This document shows, one piece after another, positions 1-12,670 of a stretch of DNA of 64,000 nucleotides. A program made the position numbers and the translations under genes. This DNA is from Amoebidium appalachense (Eukaryota > Protista > Ichthyosporea). Numbering within the stretch: position 1 is the stretch's first letter; each line of letters begins with the position of its first letter. The notes beneath the pieces were generated by a model. The model had not been told where the DNA came from. It searched no databases and saw nothing but the letters and a program-made list of their open reading frames with translations. The DNA lies in contig CAVNZM010000008.1 of assembly GCA_963693365.1 (NCBI GenBank), forward strand, positions 1,984,001 through 2,048,000. The letters are read 5' to 3'.

Positions 1-45
1 GTGTACACGTTGTCGCTTTTTAAAGTACGTGTGTGTGTGTGTGTG

Positions 46-88
<43 letters not shown>

Positions 89-341
89 AGAATGTGTTAT
101 GCACTCGTGACAGAAAACACAACGTTAAGTGTAATGCACTTGGAGGGAGCGGGGGGAGGGCGATAGGGGGGTTTAAATGGGCTATAAAGTACGAGCGGGG
201 GGAGGGGGATAGGGGGGTTTAAATGGGCTATAAAGTACGAGATAGGGGGGGGAGGGGGAGGGGACATGTGTGGCCAAACCATAGCCCCCACAACATGAAG
301 AAGAAAGGAGTGGGGTGGTGGTGGTGGTGGTGAGCTGGGGG

Positions 342-376
<35 letters not shown>

Positions 377-575
377 CACGGAGTAAGAAGTGGTAATGCC
401 TATGGGATAGATTGGTGTAAGGTCCCCCCTCCCCCGTTCCCTCCCCCCCCCCCCCCACACACACACACCCACACACACACACCACCACCACCGCCACTGC
501 ATGCAGGCACACATCTGAACGTACAAACAGGCACATCATTTTCCCGTTACCATTACCATGAAGGGGAAGGGGGGG

Positions 576-948
576 TTTTGAATGCGTTAAAAAGTACGAA
601 GTACACAAGAACAAACGGATAACACGATGCAGAATGCAAGCCATACATAAAGAGTATGCATAATAAGCAGAGCCCATCCTCAGGGGGGGCCCACGTCATC
701 CACAGTACCCGAGTTTCGACCTATTCCCCTCGTTAACGAAACCCAACTCAGATACTGTTTCACTTGAACATGAGTAGGTCACCCGTCTTGATCAGAGACG
801 AGCAGGGTTGCTTATGCAGGCAAGGGCAGTGGGAAAGGCCGGGGGTTAAAGTTGCAGCAGTAAGCAGAAGCAAGAAAAATATAGATAGGAACTCAGGAGA
901 CGGGGCTTCTAGGAAGCTCCCCCGTCGATACCTAAGTCGATACTTCCC
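576..948 (-). mobile_element. Diverged, longest family A copy
   Basis: Shares the blocks TTTTGAATGCG, AGTACGAAGTAC, TAAGCAGAGCCCATCCTCAGGG, GAGTTTCGACC, CCAACTCAGA, CCCGTCTTGATC and GACGAGCAGGGTTGCTTATGCA in the same order. G tracts on both sides. The boundary at 948 is inferred from the next G tract. Confidence 0.65.
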
Positions 949-1111
949 TGGGGGGGGGGGGGGGGGGGGGGTAGGAAGCGTTACGAATTAAGGGGTAAAC
1001 AACATGCAGAAATCTCATGGCATACATAAAGAATATGCATTATGAACACAGCCCGATCCTCAAGGGGGGGGGACCAAATTGGAGGGGAGAGGGGGGAGGT
1101 TGTCAACACAC

Positions 1112-1257
1112 CAGTCGAGCTTGAATTCCTTGGGGCAGGACTCCACGGTACCCTGTAAGCCAACATCAAATGAGAACCATGTGCACTAAGCCCAAACTCG
1201 GCACGCACGAAGACACAAACACCATGTCATTGGAAGAAAAAAACCAAGTACAAACCA

Positions 1258-1290
<33 letters not shown>

Positions 1291-1383
1291 AAAAACAAAA
1301 ACAAAAAAAACACCCACACCACACACACACACACACACACGGGCGCGCACACACCCACACACACCCACACGCGGGCGCGCACA

Positions 1384-1418
<35 letters not shown>

Positions 1419-1890
1419 ATACCCACACACCCACACCCACACACGCACGCACGCACGCACACACACCCGCACCCATCTACCCAACCACACACACAACTCC
1501 ACGACACCACTACCAGCAGCAACACATAATAATGGTATCAATAATACTACCCTTCCTTCTTGTCTTTACTACTCTAGAAAGAAAAATTATAAACACTGCT
1601 TTCCAAACAGTCATGTATGACATAATAGGCATTCAAACTCATTGGATTTTAAAATCTTAAACTTTACCCACCTTGTATTCAACGGCATGACCATAATCCT
1701 CCTTCTGGCTGTCCAGGTCCGAAAGTTTGAACAGGCGGTAGGTGGCGGACCAGAAGCGGATGTGCCCTGTGTGTGCGTGTGCGTGTGCGTGTGCGTGTGT
1801 GTGCATGTGAGTGAGAGTGAGAGTGAGAGTGCGTGCGTGTTTGTGTGTGTGTGCGTGCGTGGTGTACGAGTGTGTGTGTGTGTGTGTCTA

Positions 1891-1984
<94 letters not shown>

Positions 1985-2401
1985 CATGCATGCTCGTGCG
2001 CGCGCATGTGTATGTCAAACATGCAAGCAAAAATGCAAGCAAAGACATTAAACAACCACATAGATAAAAACACAAAAGGCGGAACAAAAACGTACAGGCA
2101 AACAAAACTATAACAGAGCTTAACGCCAGGGGGGCTCAAACGACACCACCAAAGAGAACGGAATTCAACCCCTCAACCTCTCGCGTGTGGTTACCAACCC
2201 ATCCCTCAGTTCAACCAAGGGGGGAGGGGGGAGGGGGGAGGGAGGAAGGGGGGATAAAAATGTTTTTAGAGTACACAGTCAGAACAACGCAACAGAGGTT
2301 TTGCGAAGCACGCGCAAGGAATATGCTACCAATCAGAGCCCATCTCCTCAAGATGGGGAGGGGAGAGGGGAAGGGGAAGGGTAAAAACACCAGTGGGGAG
2401 A

Positions 2402-2456
<55 letters not shown>

Positions 2457-2701
2457 GGGGGGGGGGGGGGGGGGAGATAAAACACACCAATCAGCTCTTC
2501 GACCTTCTTGTTGTCAATGGTGATGATCGAGTCATCCACCAATCGGACATCGGCAAACCCATTGGCACGTGCAAGGCTCATAAAGTCCCCCCAGTAGAGC
2601 GCACCGGAGAGGCACTCACCCCACAGCACCTGTGTACGTGTGTGTGTTTGTGTGTGTGTGGATGTACGTGTTTGTGTGTGTATATAAGGGTAGGTGTGTA
2701 C

Positions 2702-2732
<31 letters not shown>

Positions 2733-3365
2733 CGAGTGCACGTGCACCCATGCTTGTGTGCTTGTGTGTAAGTGTGCATATGTGAGCGCGTGTGTGATGT
2801 GATTTTTGTGCCTTTTCCGTGAGGCAGGAGAGAGGTTGAAGGTCAGTTGTCTTGTTAGTTCCCCTTAAAGCTGTTCTTGCACCATTCAACAGTACTCTGT
2901 ATAGCTTATGGGTTTTTAATATCAATCAGTCTTTTTTCAGTTCCTCCCACAGGCCTGAAAACACAACCAGTTCTATTTCAGTTCCTATAGAACCTGCTCA
3001 GCACTAATCAACCGAGCACTGAGTAATTTCGGGCCAATGGAAAACACACCCAGCCATACCAATTATTCTTTCAGGTCTTCTTAAAGCCCATTTTGCACCA
3101 ATCAACAGTGCCCTGTATGATATTAAGCCAATAGAAACCCACCTTGTCCTTAGTCAATTCCTCAGGGACCCTCCTATCCGCATAGACGTCACCAAAATAA
3201 AGCTCCCCTCCGGGCTTGAGCACACGGAAGGCCTCCCGGAGCACAGCGTTCTTGTCGGGGCACAGGTTGATCACGCAGTTGGACCTGTGTGTGTGTGTGT
3301 GTGTACGTGTGTACGTGTGTGCAGGTGTGTGGGTGTTACAGTGTGTGGGTGTGGGAGGGCGGGGG

Positions 3366-3405
<40 letters not shown>

Positions 3406-5137
3406 ATGCGCAAAGGGGGGCAGGTTAGAAGCGTTACAGAGTACGAAGCACACATTCATAACGAACAACACAACGCAGAGTGCAAACCACACACAAAGAG
3501 TACGCACAATTCTCCCATGGGGGGAGGGCGGGGGGAGGAGTGAGATGGGAGTGTGCATGTGTATGTGTGTGTGCAGATGGGTGTGTGTACGTGCGTGCGC
3601 ACAATGTGTAAGAGTATGATTGTGTGTATGTGAATGTGTTAATGTGTTGTGTATGAATGTGTGTACGTGTTGTAGTGTGTGTGTGTGTGTGTTTGTGTAT
3701 GTGAATGTGTTAGGGTATTGTATGTGTGTGTGTTCGTGCGCGCGCATGCGTCTGTTACAGGGAGGCGGGGGGGGGAGGGGGGGGGGGGGGGGGGGGAGGG
3801 GAAGGGGGGTATTGAGTAGAAGTGCACACTTACACAATGACGTCCAGTGAGTTGTCGGGCAGACCAGCATCCTGAAGTTTCTCGATGTAGCCCTTACGGA
3901 ACTCAACATTGGGTGTGCTGTACTTGAACGCCTAAAAAGGGTGTGTGTACGTGTACGTGTGCGTGTGTGTGTGTGTGTGTGTTGGGGGGGGGAGGGGGGT
4001 TGATGTGTGTGTGTGTGTTTATGTTGTATGTGTGCGTGTGCGTGTGTGCGTGTGTGTGTGTGCGCGCGTGTTTGTGTAAGTGTACGTACAAACGTTATCT
4101 TTTATGGTCTTGCTTTCCTTCAATTATGATTCCGAAGTTTTTTTTGGCTGAATCGGTTTGTGAGCGGGTGGGGATGGGGGTGGTGGGGGAATGGAGGTGG
4201 GGTGGGGTGGATGGGGGGGGGGGATGTATGCATCCAAGAGTGGAAAACATGTAAGCAAGACAAGACCCCCCCCCCCCCCCCACACACACACAACCACCCA
4301 CATACCCCCCCCCCCCCCCCCCCCACCCCGCGCAAAAAAAAAAAAAAAAAAAAAACATAGCAAAAAGGGCCTATATATATATATCTATATATCTATATCT
4401 ATATATCTATATATCTATATATATATATATATATATATATATAGCAAAACGTTCCATAAACATCAACACCAACACCAACAACCACAACAACGACACCCCT
4501 AACACCTCCACCACCCCAACACAAATCAAAAACCAAAAAAAGGGAACAACAACCATCATAATAAAATTGCAACAGTAAACCCGCAACCCCCCTACCTGTG
4601 TGTGGTAATCGATGTGGCGATTTGCCACTGCAAGTTGCTCATCGGTCATGTCCACACCAATCACATGCCCACCTGCGCAAACATAAATTCAGAACAAATG
4701 AAATTACATGATCTGGCAGGAGGAGCACACCATGGGCCACACATATTCAACGTTCAGCCCCCCCCCCCCCCCCCCCCCCCGAAAAACGGTTAGTATGCAC
4801 ATATTCCTCTTTCTCCTCCGTATATACACACACACACCCACACCATACACCCCCCCCCCCCCCCCCCTTCCCCCCCTCTCCGCGTCGTTTAAAATAATGA
4901 CAAAGACGTATAAGAACAAGCCCACGTAAATCATCTACTACGCTCCATACTGAAACCCCCCCCCCCCCCTCCCCTTAACACCCCCAAAGACACCCCCCCC
5001 CCCCTGTCCAAAAATAAAAATAAAATAAAAAACAAACAAACAAACAAAACTGCACGCACTTTGGCCGACCAGCTTTGAGAGGATAAAGCAATCCTGGCCG
5101 GCACCAGAGCCCAGGTCGAGCACGTGGCAGCCCTCCA

Positions 5138-5173
<36 letters not shown>

Positions 5174-5448
5174 GTGAGTGAATGAGTGAGTGTGAGTGTG
5201 AGTGTGAGTGTGTGAGTGTATGTGTGTGTGCACGTGCGTGCGTGTGTGCATGTGTGTGTGTGGGTGTGCGAGCGCGCATAAGTGCGAGTGTTTGTGTGTG
5301 TTGTGAGTGTGTGTGTGTGTGTGTGGTGCGTGTGGCTTATGGGAGGGAGAGTATGGGCTCCTGAGGGGGGAGGAGGGGGGAGGGGGGGGAAGGGGGGAAG
5401 AGAGAGAGAGAGAGAGAGAGAGGGAGGGAGGGGGAGAGAGAGAGAGAA

Positions 5449-5529
<81 letters not shown>

Positions 5530-6793
5530 AAAGGGGATTCCAAACCTCGGGAATAACCAGGCCGCAACCGTAGTAGCGTGAGGAGACCTCCGGGTGGATC
5601 ATGGCCATGGCCTGTTTGATGTGGGGGGGTGGGGCCTCACCCGTGCAGCAGGCATTGGTCTTGAGGTCACTGCTGGCCTGCAGAACCTGTGCGTGTACGC
5701 GTACATGTGTAGGTGTTGTTTGTGTGTGTGTGTGTATGGATGGGGGCAATGGGGGGGGGGGGGGGGGAGGGTTGGATGGGTTGGGCGTGTAGATGGGTGG
5801 GTGGGTGGTGGTGGTGGTGTTGGGGGGGGGGGGGGGGGGGGGGGGGGTTGGGCAGGGGGAGGAGGGATATGTGTTGTGTGGGGGGCCGGGGGAGGGGGTT
5901 ATGTGCGCGTGCATGTGTGTGTGTGGGGGGGGGGGGGGGGGGGGGGGGGAGGGGGTTATGTGTGTGGGGCGGGGCGGGGAGGGGGACGGGTTTGAATGCG
6001 CCATGAAGTACACATAAACAACGGACAACACGATGGAGAGAGAAGGGGGGGGGGGGGGGGGGGATGTGTGTGTGTGGAAGGGGGGGAGGGGGGGGGGGGG
6101 GGAATGTGTGCGTGTGAAAAGGGATGTGTGTGAGTGTGTCTGCATGTACTTGTAGGTATGTTTCGGTGTTTGCGCGTGCGTGTACATGGTACATGTGTGC
6201 AAGTGTATCTGCGTGCTTGTATGTGTGTGTGTGTGTGTGTGTGTGTGCACGTGCATGTATGTGTGTGTGCACGTGCATGCATGTGTGTGTGTGCACGTGC
6301 ATGCATGTGTGTGTGTGCACGTGCATGTATGTGTGTGTGTGCACGTGCATGTATGTGTGTGTGCACGTGCATGTGTGTGTGTGCACGTGCATGTATGTGT
6401 GCACGTGCATGTATGTGTGTGTGCACGTGCATGTATGTGTGTGTACGTGTGTGTGCACGTGCATGCACCCACCTTGCCATAGTAGTCCTGCACCTCCTCC
6501 TGCACAGACTTGGCCTCCTTCTTCTCCTCTGCACTTTCCTTTTTAGGGACACAGCATCCACCCTCCTTCTTCTCCTCCACACTCTCCTTTTTAGGACCAC
6601 ATTCCTTTTTTGAACCGCAGCATCCCCCCTCCTTCTTCACTTCTTCCGTTTTCTTGGGAGGGCAACAAGACGTCTTGGTCTCCGCATTTGCATCGGTTTT
6701 CTTCGGGCCGCAGCATGACTCCTTCTTGGGCTCGGCCTGCTTGGGCGGGCAGCAGGACCCTTCCCCGCTCTTTCCAGAACCACAGCTCTGCAT
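1112..6793 (-). CDS. AS3MT: Arsenite S-adenosylmethionine methyltransferase (AS3MT/ArsM), multi-exon, 3' part not resolved in window
   Basis: Phase-consistent GT-AG exons: 6793-6473, 5686-5546, 5141-5060, 4672-4596, 3931-3834, 3284-3143, 2629-2488, 1766-1672, 1152-1112. Spliced protein has [29 protein letters not shown] motif [59 protein letters not shown] and [11 protein letters not shown], all characteristic of AS3MT, with the four catalytic Cys positions present. ATG at 6793 is uncertain because CTAATGCAG could instead be an acceptor for an upstream exon. Confidence 0.93.
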
Positions 6794-7855
6794 TAGATGA
6801 GAAGATGGGAGAGAGGTGGGCAGAAGGGGGGGGGGGGGGGGGGAGGGGGAGCAGGGAGGCAGGGGGAGGGGAGGTTTGGCGAAAAAGATGTGGAAAGAGT
6901 TTTGGCTGGATGTGGTGTATGGGATCGTTGTTTGTGGGTGTTCCCCATCGAGGAGGGGGGAAGATGGAGGGGGGCACAGTGGGAGAGAGAGAGAGCGTGA
7001 CAGTCAGTAAAAGTGAAAGGCAGGGGCACAGGGGGGGGAGGGGGGGGGGGAGGGGGGGGGAGAGGGGGAGGAATCGAGTATAAGACAACAGAATAGTGCA
7101 GGCAAAAACCGTTTCTTAGCCGGCACATATGTTGTGTTGAATCCTGAGAGACGAGGCAGAATAGAGCATGGCAGGAGGGGCTGGGAAAGCTAGATCTGAC
7201 CTTGGAAACAGAAAACATGCGCGACCAAGCAGGGGCCTGAACGGACGCCCGCACGCTTTGTGCATAGACACCAAGCAGGCCACGCCGACCCACCACAGAG
7301 AGAATTGGTGTGCACACCTACACGTGTTGAGGTTAGACTTGTTTGTGTGAGGCTACGGGGAGGAAGAGAAGGAGGTATATGTAGATGCGTGGGTTGAACG
7401 GGGGAGGGGGGGAAGGGGGGGGGGGGGGGGGGCAGGGGGAGACACAAGAAGGCCAGACTGCAAGGAGATGTTCTTTGACACGTCGTTGTGTTGGATCAGG
7501 CTGTGAGCACAATTGACACAAAGAAAAAATAAAGGTGAATTGTATCTAGTTTCAGTCAAAGAAAAGGTGGAAACCCTTGACATGGCAAACAAGACTCGAC
7601 ATGGCAGAGCACCATGTTTCGTCACACACAAAGAGCTGGAGAGTGCTCGAAACCCGAGCTCAGAGAAACAAGCAACAAAAGGGAAAAGAAACTCAGGAAT
7701 AATAGATGTGAATTAAGGCGTTGACCAAATACAAAACATTGAGAACAAAGGAAAAAGTATGTCAAGTCCTTGAAAGGAAGAAACATGCCGGAGAGAGAAA
7801 TGGTGAGGTCTATAAGCCAAAAAATCAACGGGAGGAGGAGGGGGAGGAAAGAGGT

Positions 7856-7887
<32 letters not shown>

Positions 7888-8796
7888 GAGAGAGAGAGAG
7901 ACTAGGAAAAGAAAAAAACACAAACAGATGGGAGTGGGTAGCTTACACTCATTCTCAAGATTTTCCTCCGTTGTCTCACTTCCAAATATGAACAAACTTG
8001 CAGCTAAGTTTTTGTAGGCACCTCAGAGGGAAGCTTGATCTTTTTTGTGGCGCCACACGGGCTAGTCTAAAAATGTATACGTCACCAAATGACGTCTTTC
8101 GATGCAGTATCATTCACTGGCAGGAAGACCACGGCACACGGCCCGAGGGCCGTGCACTGATCGAATTACGTAAAGGCCTTGGCCGTGTACGTAAGAGACA
8201 CGGCCATCTAGGTGTTTCTAGATGGCCGTGGTAAGAGCCTATTATTTGTAGCTGTGTGTGCGTGCGTGTGTGGGTGCGTGTGCCGGTGTGAGTGTGTGTG
8301 CTCACACGTACTGACGGTGTGCACGCGCTGCGCTTTATTCAGGAGTCATGGGGCGAGTGGCCGAGCGAGACCGAAGTTATTTCGGCGAGCCGTCGGTTAT
8401 TTTGGCGAGCCGATAGGCGAGCCAAAATAATCGACAAGGCGAGCCGAAATAACGAGGTCCAGCGAGGACACGAGCCGACATGATCCGGTTACGATATGAC
8501 CCATAAAGATTTAGCATTCACTTTATTGATACATTATGCAAACTTTAACTCGGTTATTTGATTCATATATCATTACATTCACATTTCAGGCTCATTTTCC
8601 TTTGATTGGCTAGCAGCGCACTCACCCATTAACCCGGTTATTCGATTCCTCTAACCCAATAGAAATGTCCATAGCCTGGTTATTTCGGTGAGTGCGCTCT
8701 AGGCCAATCACGGCAAGACTAACTGAAGTTAAAGGTCGTGTCGTCATCCAATCAGATCACACCCCGACGCTCGGAATATCGTAACCGATTTTTCCT

Positions 8797-9098
8797 TGCC
8801 ACCTACTGAGATGGCTCCCTATTTTTCCTTACACATTCAGCGAACACTAGACTCTATCGAACCGTCGAGGCGCCGCGACAGAGAGCATGCACGCGGTCGC
8901 GAGAGTGTAAGGGAAAATCGCCTGCAGCGAACGTAAAGTTCATCGCAGCGCGTGCACACCGTCAGTACGTGTGAGGATTTTTCCTTACACTCTCGCGACC
9001 GCGTGCATGCGTTCTGTCGCGGCGCCTCGACGGTTCGATATAGTCCAATGTTCGCTGAATGTGTAAGGAAGAATAAGGAGCCATCTCAGTAGGTGGCA
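8797..9098. mobile_element. Foldback / MITE-like element with about 122-bp inverted arms
   Basis: 8797-8918 (TGCCACCTACTGAGATGGCTCC...GAGAGTGTAAGGGAAAATC) is the near-perfect reverse complement of about 8976-9098. No obvious TSD. Confidence 0.7.
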
Positions 9099-9133
9099 GG
9101 TGTGTCTGTGTGTGTGTGTGCGTGTGTGCGTGC

Positions 9134-9203
<70 letters not shown>

Positions 9204-10187
9204 ATGTGTGAGGGGACGGGGAGGGGGGGGGGTGGGGGTACCGGTTTGCACGGGGCCACACAAGAAAATGTACTCATAGGCCCACCCATTAAACCATTAT
9301 TCAAATCTTAATATACGAGTGACCGGCGGTACAAGTACTCAGCCTTAGCTTGCCTTTTACTATTGGTGTCAGCCAACCGAAAAGGCCGTTAAGCCGTTCA
9401 TACTTCAGTATCGAGTACTGTAACATCCAAATCAAAACTGAAACAATTCAAAATAAATATTCATCGCACCTATATATAATGCAAACAAAATATTCACAAG
9501 TACTCATAAAGACAAACGAAAGAACGAGGGGGAGGGGGACAGTTCGCGACTGGAGCAATGCCGAAGGATAGAAGAGTAGTTAGGAGCATTCGTGTGCTTG
9601 AGCCGTGGGTGGCACGTACCGTGTGTGCACATACCCGCATGTATGCGCTTACATGAACGTGTGTGTATGTGCATCCTCCCCAATTTGCACACACACACAC
9701 ACACACACACATTTACTTTGTTCGACCTAATCCACCATAACGGGTGTGCAAGTTGTTTCCAAAAAAAGGACCCAGTTTCGACCGTAAGCTTTATTTGAAT
9801 GAACGGGACAGCACCACTGCCCGTCTCATAAACACCAAACCACATTTAGTGGTGGTGTGCAACATAACAACTTCAAGAAACATGGACATAGATGGGAGCA
9901 TACATACCATGCACCCACATTACATCATACTTGACATACCGTGGAGGTTCGCCACAAAATGACATATGCACGAAACTATTCCCTTTACGAAGGTCACACA
10001 GGGTAAGAAGGAAGACTGAGCAAAGGAAGAAGGCGCTAATAATTGGCCAAGGAGAAACCAGTTAACTACCGGTTGTGTGTGTGTGTGTGTTGCGTGTGTG
10101 TCCGAGTGGTTTTGAAAGACACACTATTGTCAACGTCGGTCGTGGCACACACCCTTGGGGGCTCATCCACAAGCCACCCACTTACCC

Positions 10188-10619
10188 TCAATCCCTGTGA
10201 ACAAAGAAGAACGAAGGAGGTTAGGTTTCTCGGCCCTTGAAAGCACAGTTGGTATTACTGCTGCAAACCAGTAGCTGTGACGTTTACAGATATACCCAAA
10301 AGCACCACAAAGTCATTCAGAGGAAACAGAAACAGTAAACCAACATTACCTCCCCCCCCCCCCCCCCCCCCCAAAAAACAAACAAACAAAAAACACACAC
10401 ACACTGTACCCACATATTTTCACCGATGCCATGCAGATAGAAACGGCTACTAAAGAATTGACAAACTTGCACTAAAACAGACTGTTCAACCCCCCCCCCC
10501 CCCCCCCGGCGCGTGCCTCAAAAACAAAAAACACACACACCCGAAACACGATCAAAAACAAGACCACAAACCAGTCCAGCCCCTTCGCCCTCCACCTTCT
10601 ACAGTTCACAGAGTGCAAA

Positions 10620-10651
<32 letters not shown>

Positions 10652-12409
10652 GGGGGGGGGGGGGGGGGGGGAGGGGTAGGGAATGCACACAAACAGAATC
10701 ACACGAAAACAATCATAACGCATGCACACAGTACCCCATAAGCATTACCTTGGTGACGGGCTGCGACGGGGCGGGCTTGCACCACCTGCAGGGCTGCGGG
10801 GAGGTGGGCTCCCACGGCGGTCAGGGGAGGGAGACCTGATGAGGACCCAACAGAAACATGTTAGCCAAGCAAAGGCAACCACACATTCAGCAGACAAGCA
10901 AAACAAGACAATATAACTTAATATAAACATCAGCACGATCACTAGCCAAGCAAACGAAACAACAAGCCATGAGATGTTCACCGCAACCATTTCTCCACAC
11001 CTTCCCAAATTAACAGAAAACAAAGCCAGTAGTGCCAAGCAAACAAAACTTAGGTTGCTTGAATGAGAAAACATACCGGCGGCGAGGGGAGGGGCTGCGG
11101 CGGGGGCTCCTGGAGAAGGACCGGCGGCGGGGGGAGCGAGAACGAGAGCGAGACCTGCGACGAGGGGGAGAGCGAGAGCGGGAACGAGAGCGACGACGTC
11201 CGCCACCACGGCCCCGGGGGCACTCCCTTGCAAAGTGGCCCCTCTCACCACACTGGTAGCACTCAGATGACCCAAACTCACGACGACCTGGTCCACCACC
11301 ACGAGGCCCACCACTGGAGATCTCAACACCTGTGAACAGAGAAAAAATTAGCCTGGGGAAGGAAACGTAGCGAAGAAGGAGGATGTATGAAGCTGTTCCT
11401 GAAGGCAAACGTTAGAAAGATGTTCATATGTGAAGGAAGAAAATCACAACGGTCAACCCTTCCTTCTAGTTCTCGACAGAATAGGAGAACAAATTAACCG
11501 ATCACGGTGCTACACGTGTAGCATGAAAACTACCAGTCATAATTCTTTCTGTCTGTCCATGCACTTTTTGGGGGAGTTAACCCAGGGGTATATACCACAG
11601 ACCCAACGATGTGAACCTTGTCTGATGATACGCGGTGAGGCTAGGCAGAAGCGGTTGGAAGACACTCAGATGACCTAACAGGCACGCAGAGCAGACGAAG
11701 CTAACAAGCGCCCCCGATGGTAGCTAGCAGAAAAAGAAGTTCTCTCCGATGAAAGACGGTAACATGTCTCGGTAGCTGGAAGGCAGCCCAAGCATACGAC
11801 CCCCCCTCACTTCTTGACAGACGGGTGGTAGACAAAACATGGTGGCAGTGTAGGTCTACGTGTGATGAGCAGCAAAACTTGGACGGCAGAGAAGTCGCTT
11901 GCAAGAACCTTGTTCTCATATGATGTGACGAGACCGGTAGAGGCACACAGCACACACACAGGCACACAGCAAACAACACAGCTTGCACAAGGAAACCTGA
12001 TGCTAGGTTTCCCCTGATATGTGCACGGATGGGGGGGAAATAACAAAAGAAAGACATACACATAGAAAAGTGTGTTGCAGCGTCTGTGTAAAAGGCAATA
12101 GCGTGACCACGGAGCGAGAGAGAGCACCCAAGCAGGAGGTGAGGGGCCAAACAACGTGCACACAAGCAGCGTGACACCTCACTTACGCATGCGCTTTCCA
12201 CGCAGGTCCTTTCCATCCTCAGCGCGCACGGCATCATCAGCGTCTCTCGAATCGTCAAACCACACAAAGCCAAAGCCAGGGGGCTTGCGGGCAATCCACA
12301 CATCGTTCACACGTCCATAACGATTGAACATGTCACGAAGGTCACGTTCATCAATTCCATAGTCAAGGTTTCCGACGTAAACCTTGGTGCCCTTTCTGTC
12401 TTGTGCCAT
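10188..12409 (-). CDS. SRSF7: SR splicing factor, RRM + CCHC zinc knuckle + RS domain (SRSF7/9G8/RSZ-like)
   Basis: Exons 12409-12187 (RRM: KVYVGNL...[24 protein letters not shown]), 11329-11077 ([19 protein letters not shown] knuckle, RS repeats), 10835-10749 (SP/RS-rich). A probable 9-nt terminal exon 10194-10186 supplies D-stop. An unspliced alternative would stop at TAA 10745-10747. Confidence 0.9.
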
Positions 12410-12544
12410 TTTGACGGCTAACACACGCAAAGTAACGTGTAAACCTACTATAAACACTTATTCCTCCTCCTCCTTCTTACTTTTTCATCAGGACCCGGCC
12501 GAACTTGAGAATAAACACGAAAAAGAGGGACAACAAAACAGCCT

Positions 12545-12670
12545 TCCACGTGACGGGGCAGGTTGTGACGGACGTCATGCATCAGTTTATGACGTCGACA
12601 GTTATCTTTGTGATTGGATCAAAGTCATGTTGTTATGTCACCGACTGGCCCACTACATTGGATGACGTAG
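12545..12670. promoter_or_regulatory. Putative SR-gene promoter (E-box, CRE-like and CCAAT motifs)
   Basis: CACGTGAC, GACGTCA, TGACGTC and two ATTGG (CCAAT on the gene strand), 140-260 bp upstream of ATG 12409. Confidence 0.35.

Noticed and set aside
380-399. Possible next AS3MT microexon (W-H-Y-H-F-L-L)
   Set aside because: Phase fits but the donor is weak and similarity is marginal, so it is not included in the model.
1105-1225. Apparent similarity to the repeat-like segment at 17390-17490
   Set aside because: 1112-1152 is better explained as an AS3MT exon ([13 protein letters not shown]), and the similarity is too weak.
2155-2220. tRNA or tRNA-derived SINE head on the minus strand (GGTTGAATTCC B-box-like)
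   Set aside because: No cloverleaf, weak A box, and a single copy in the window.
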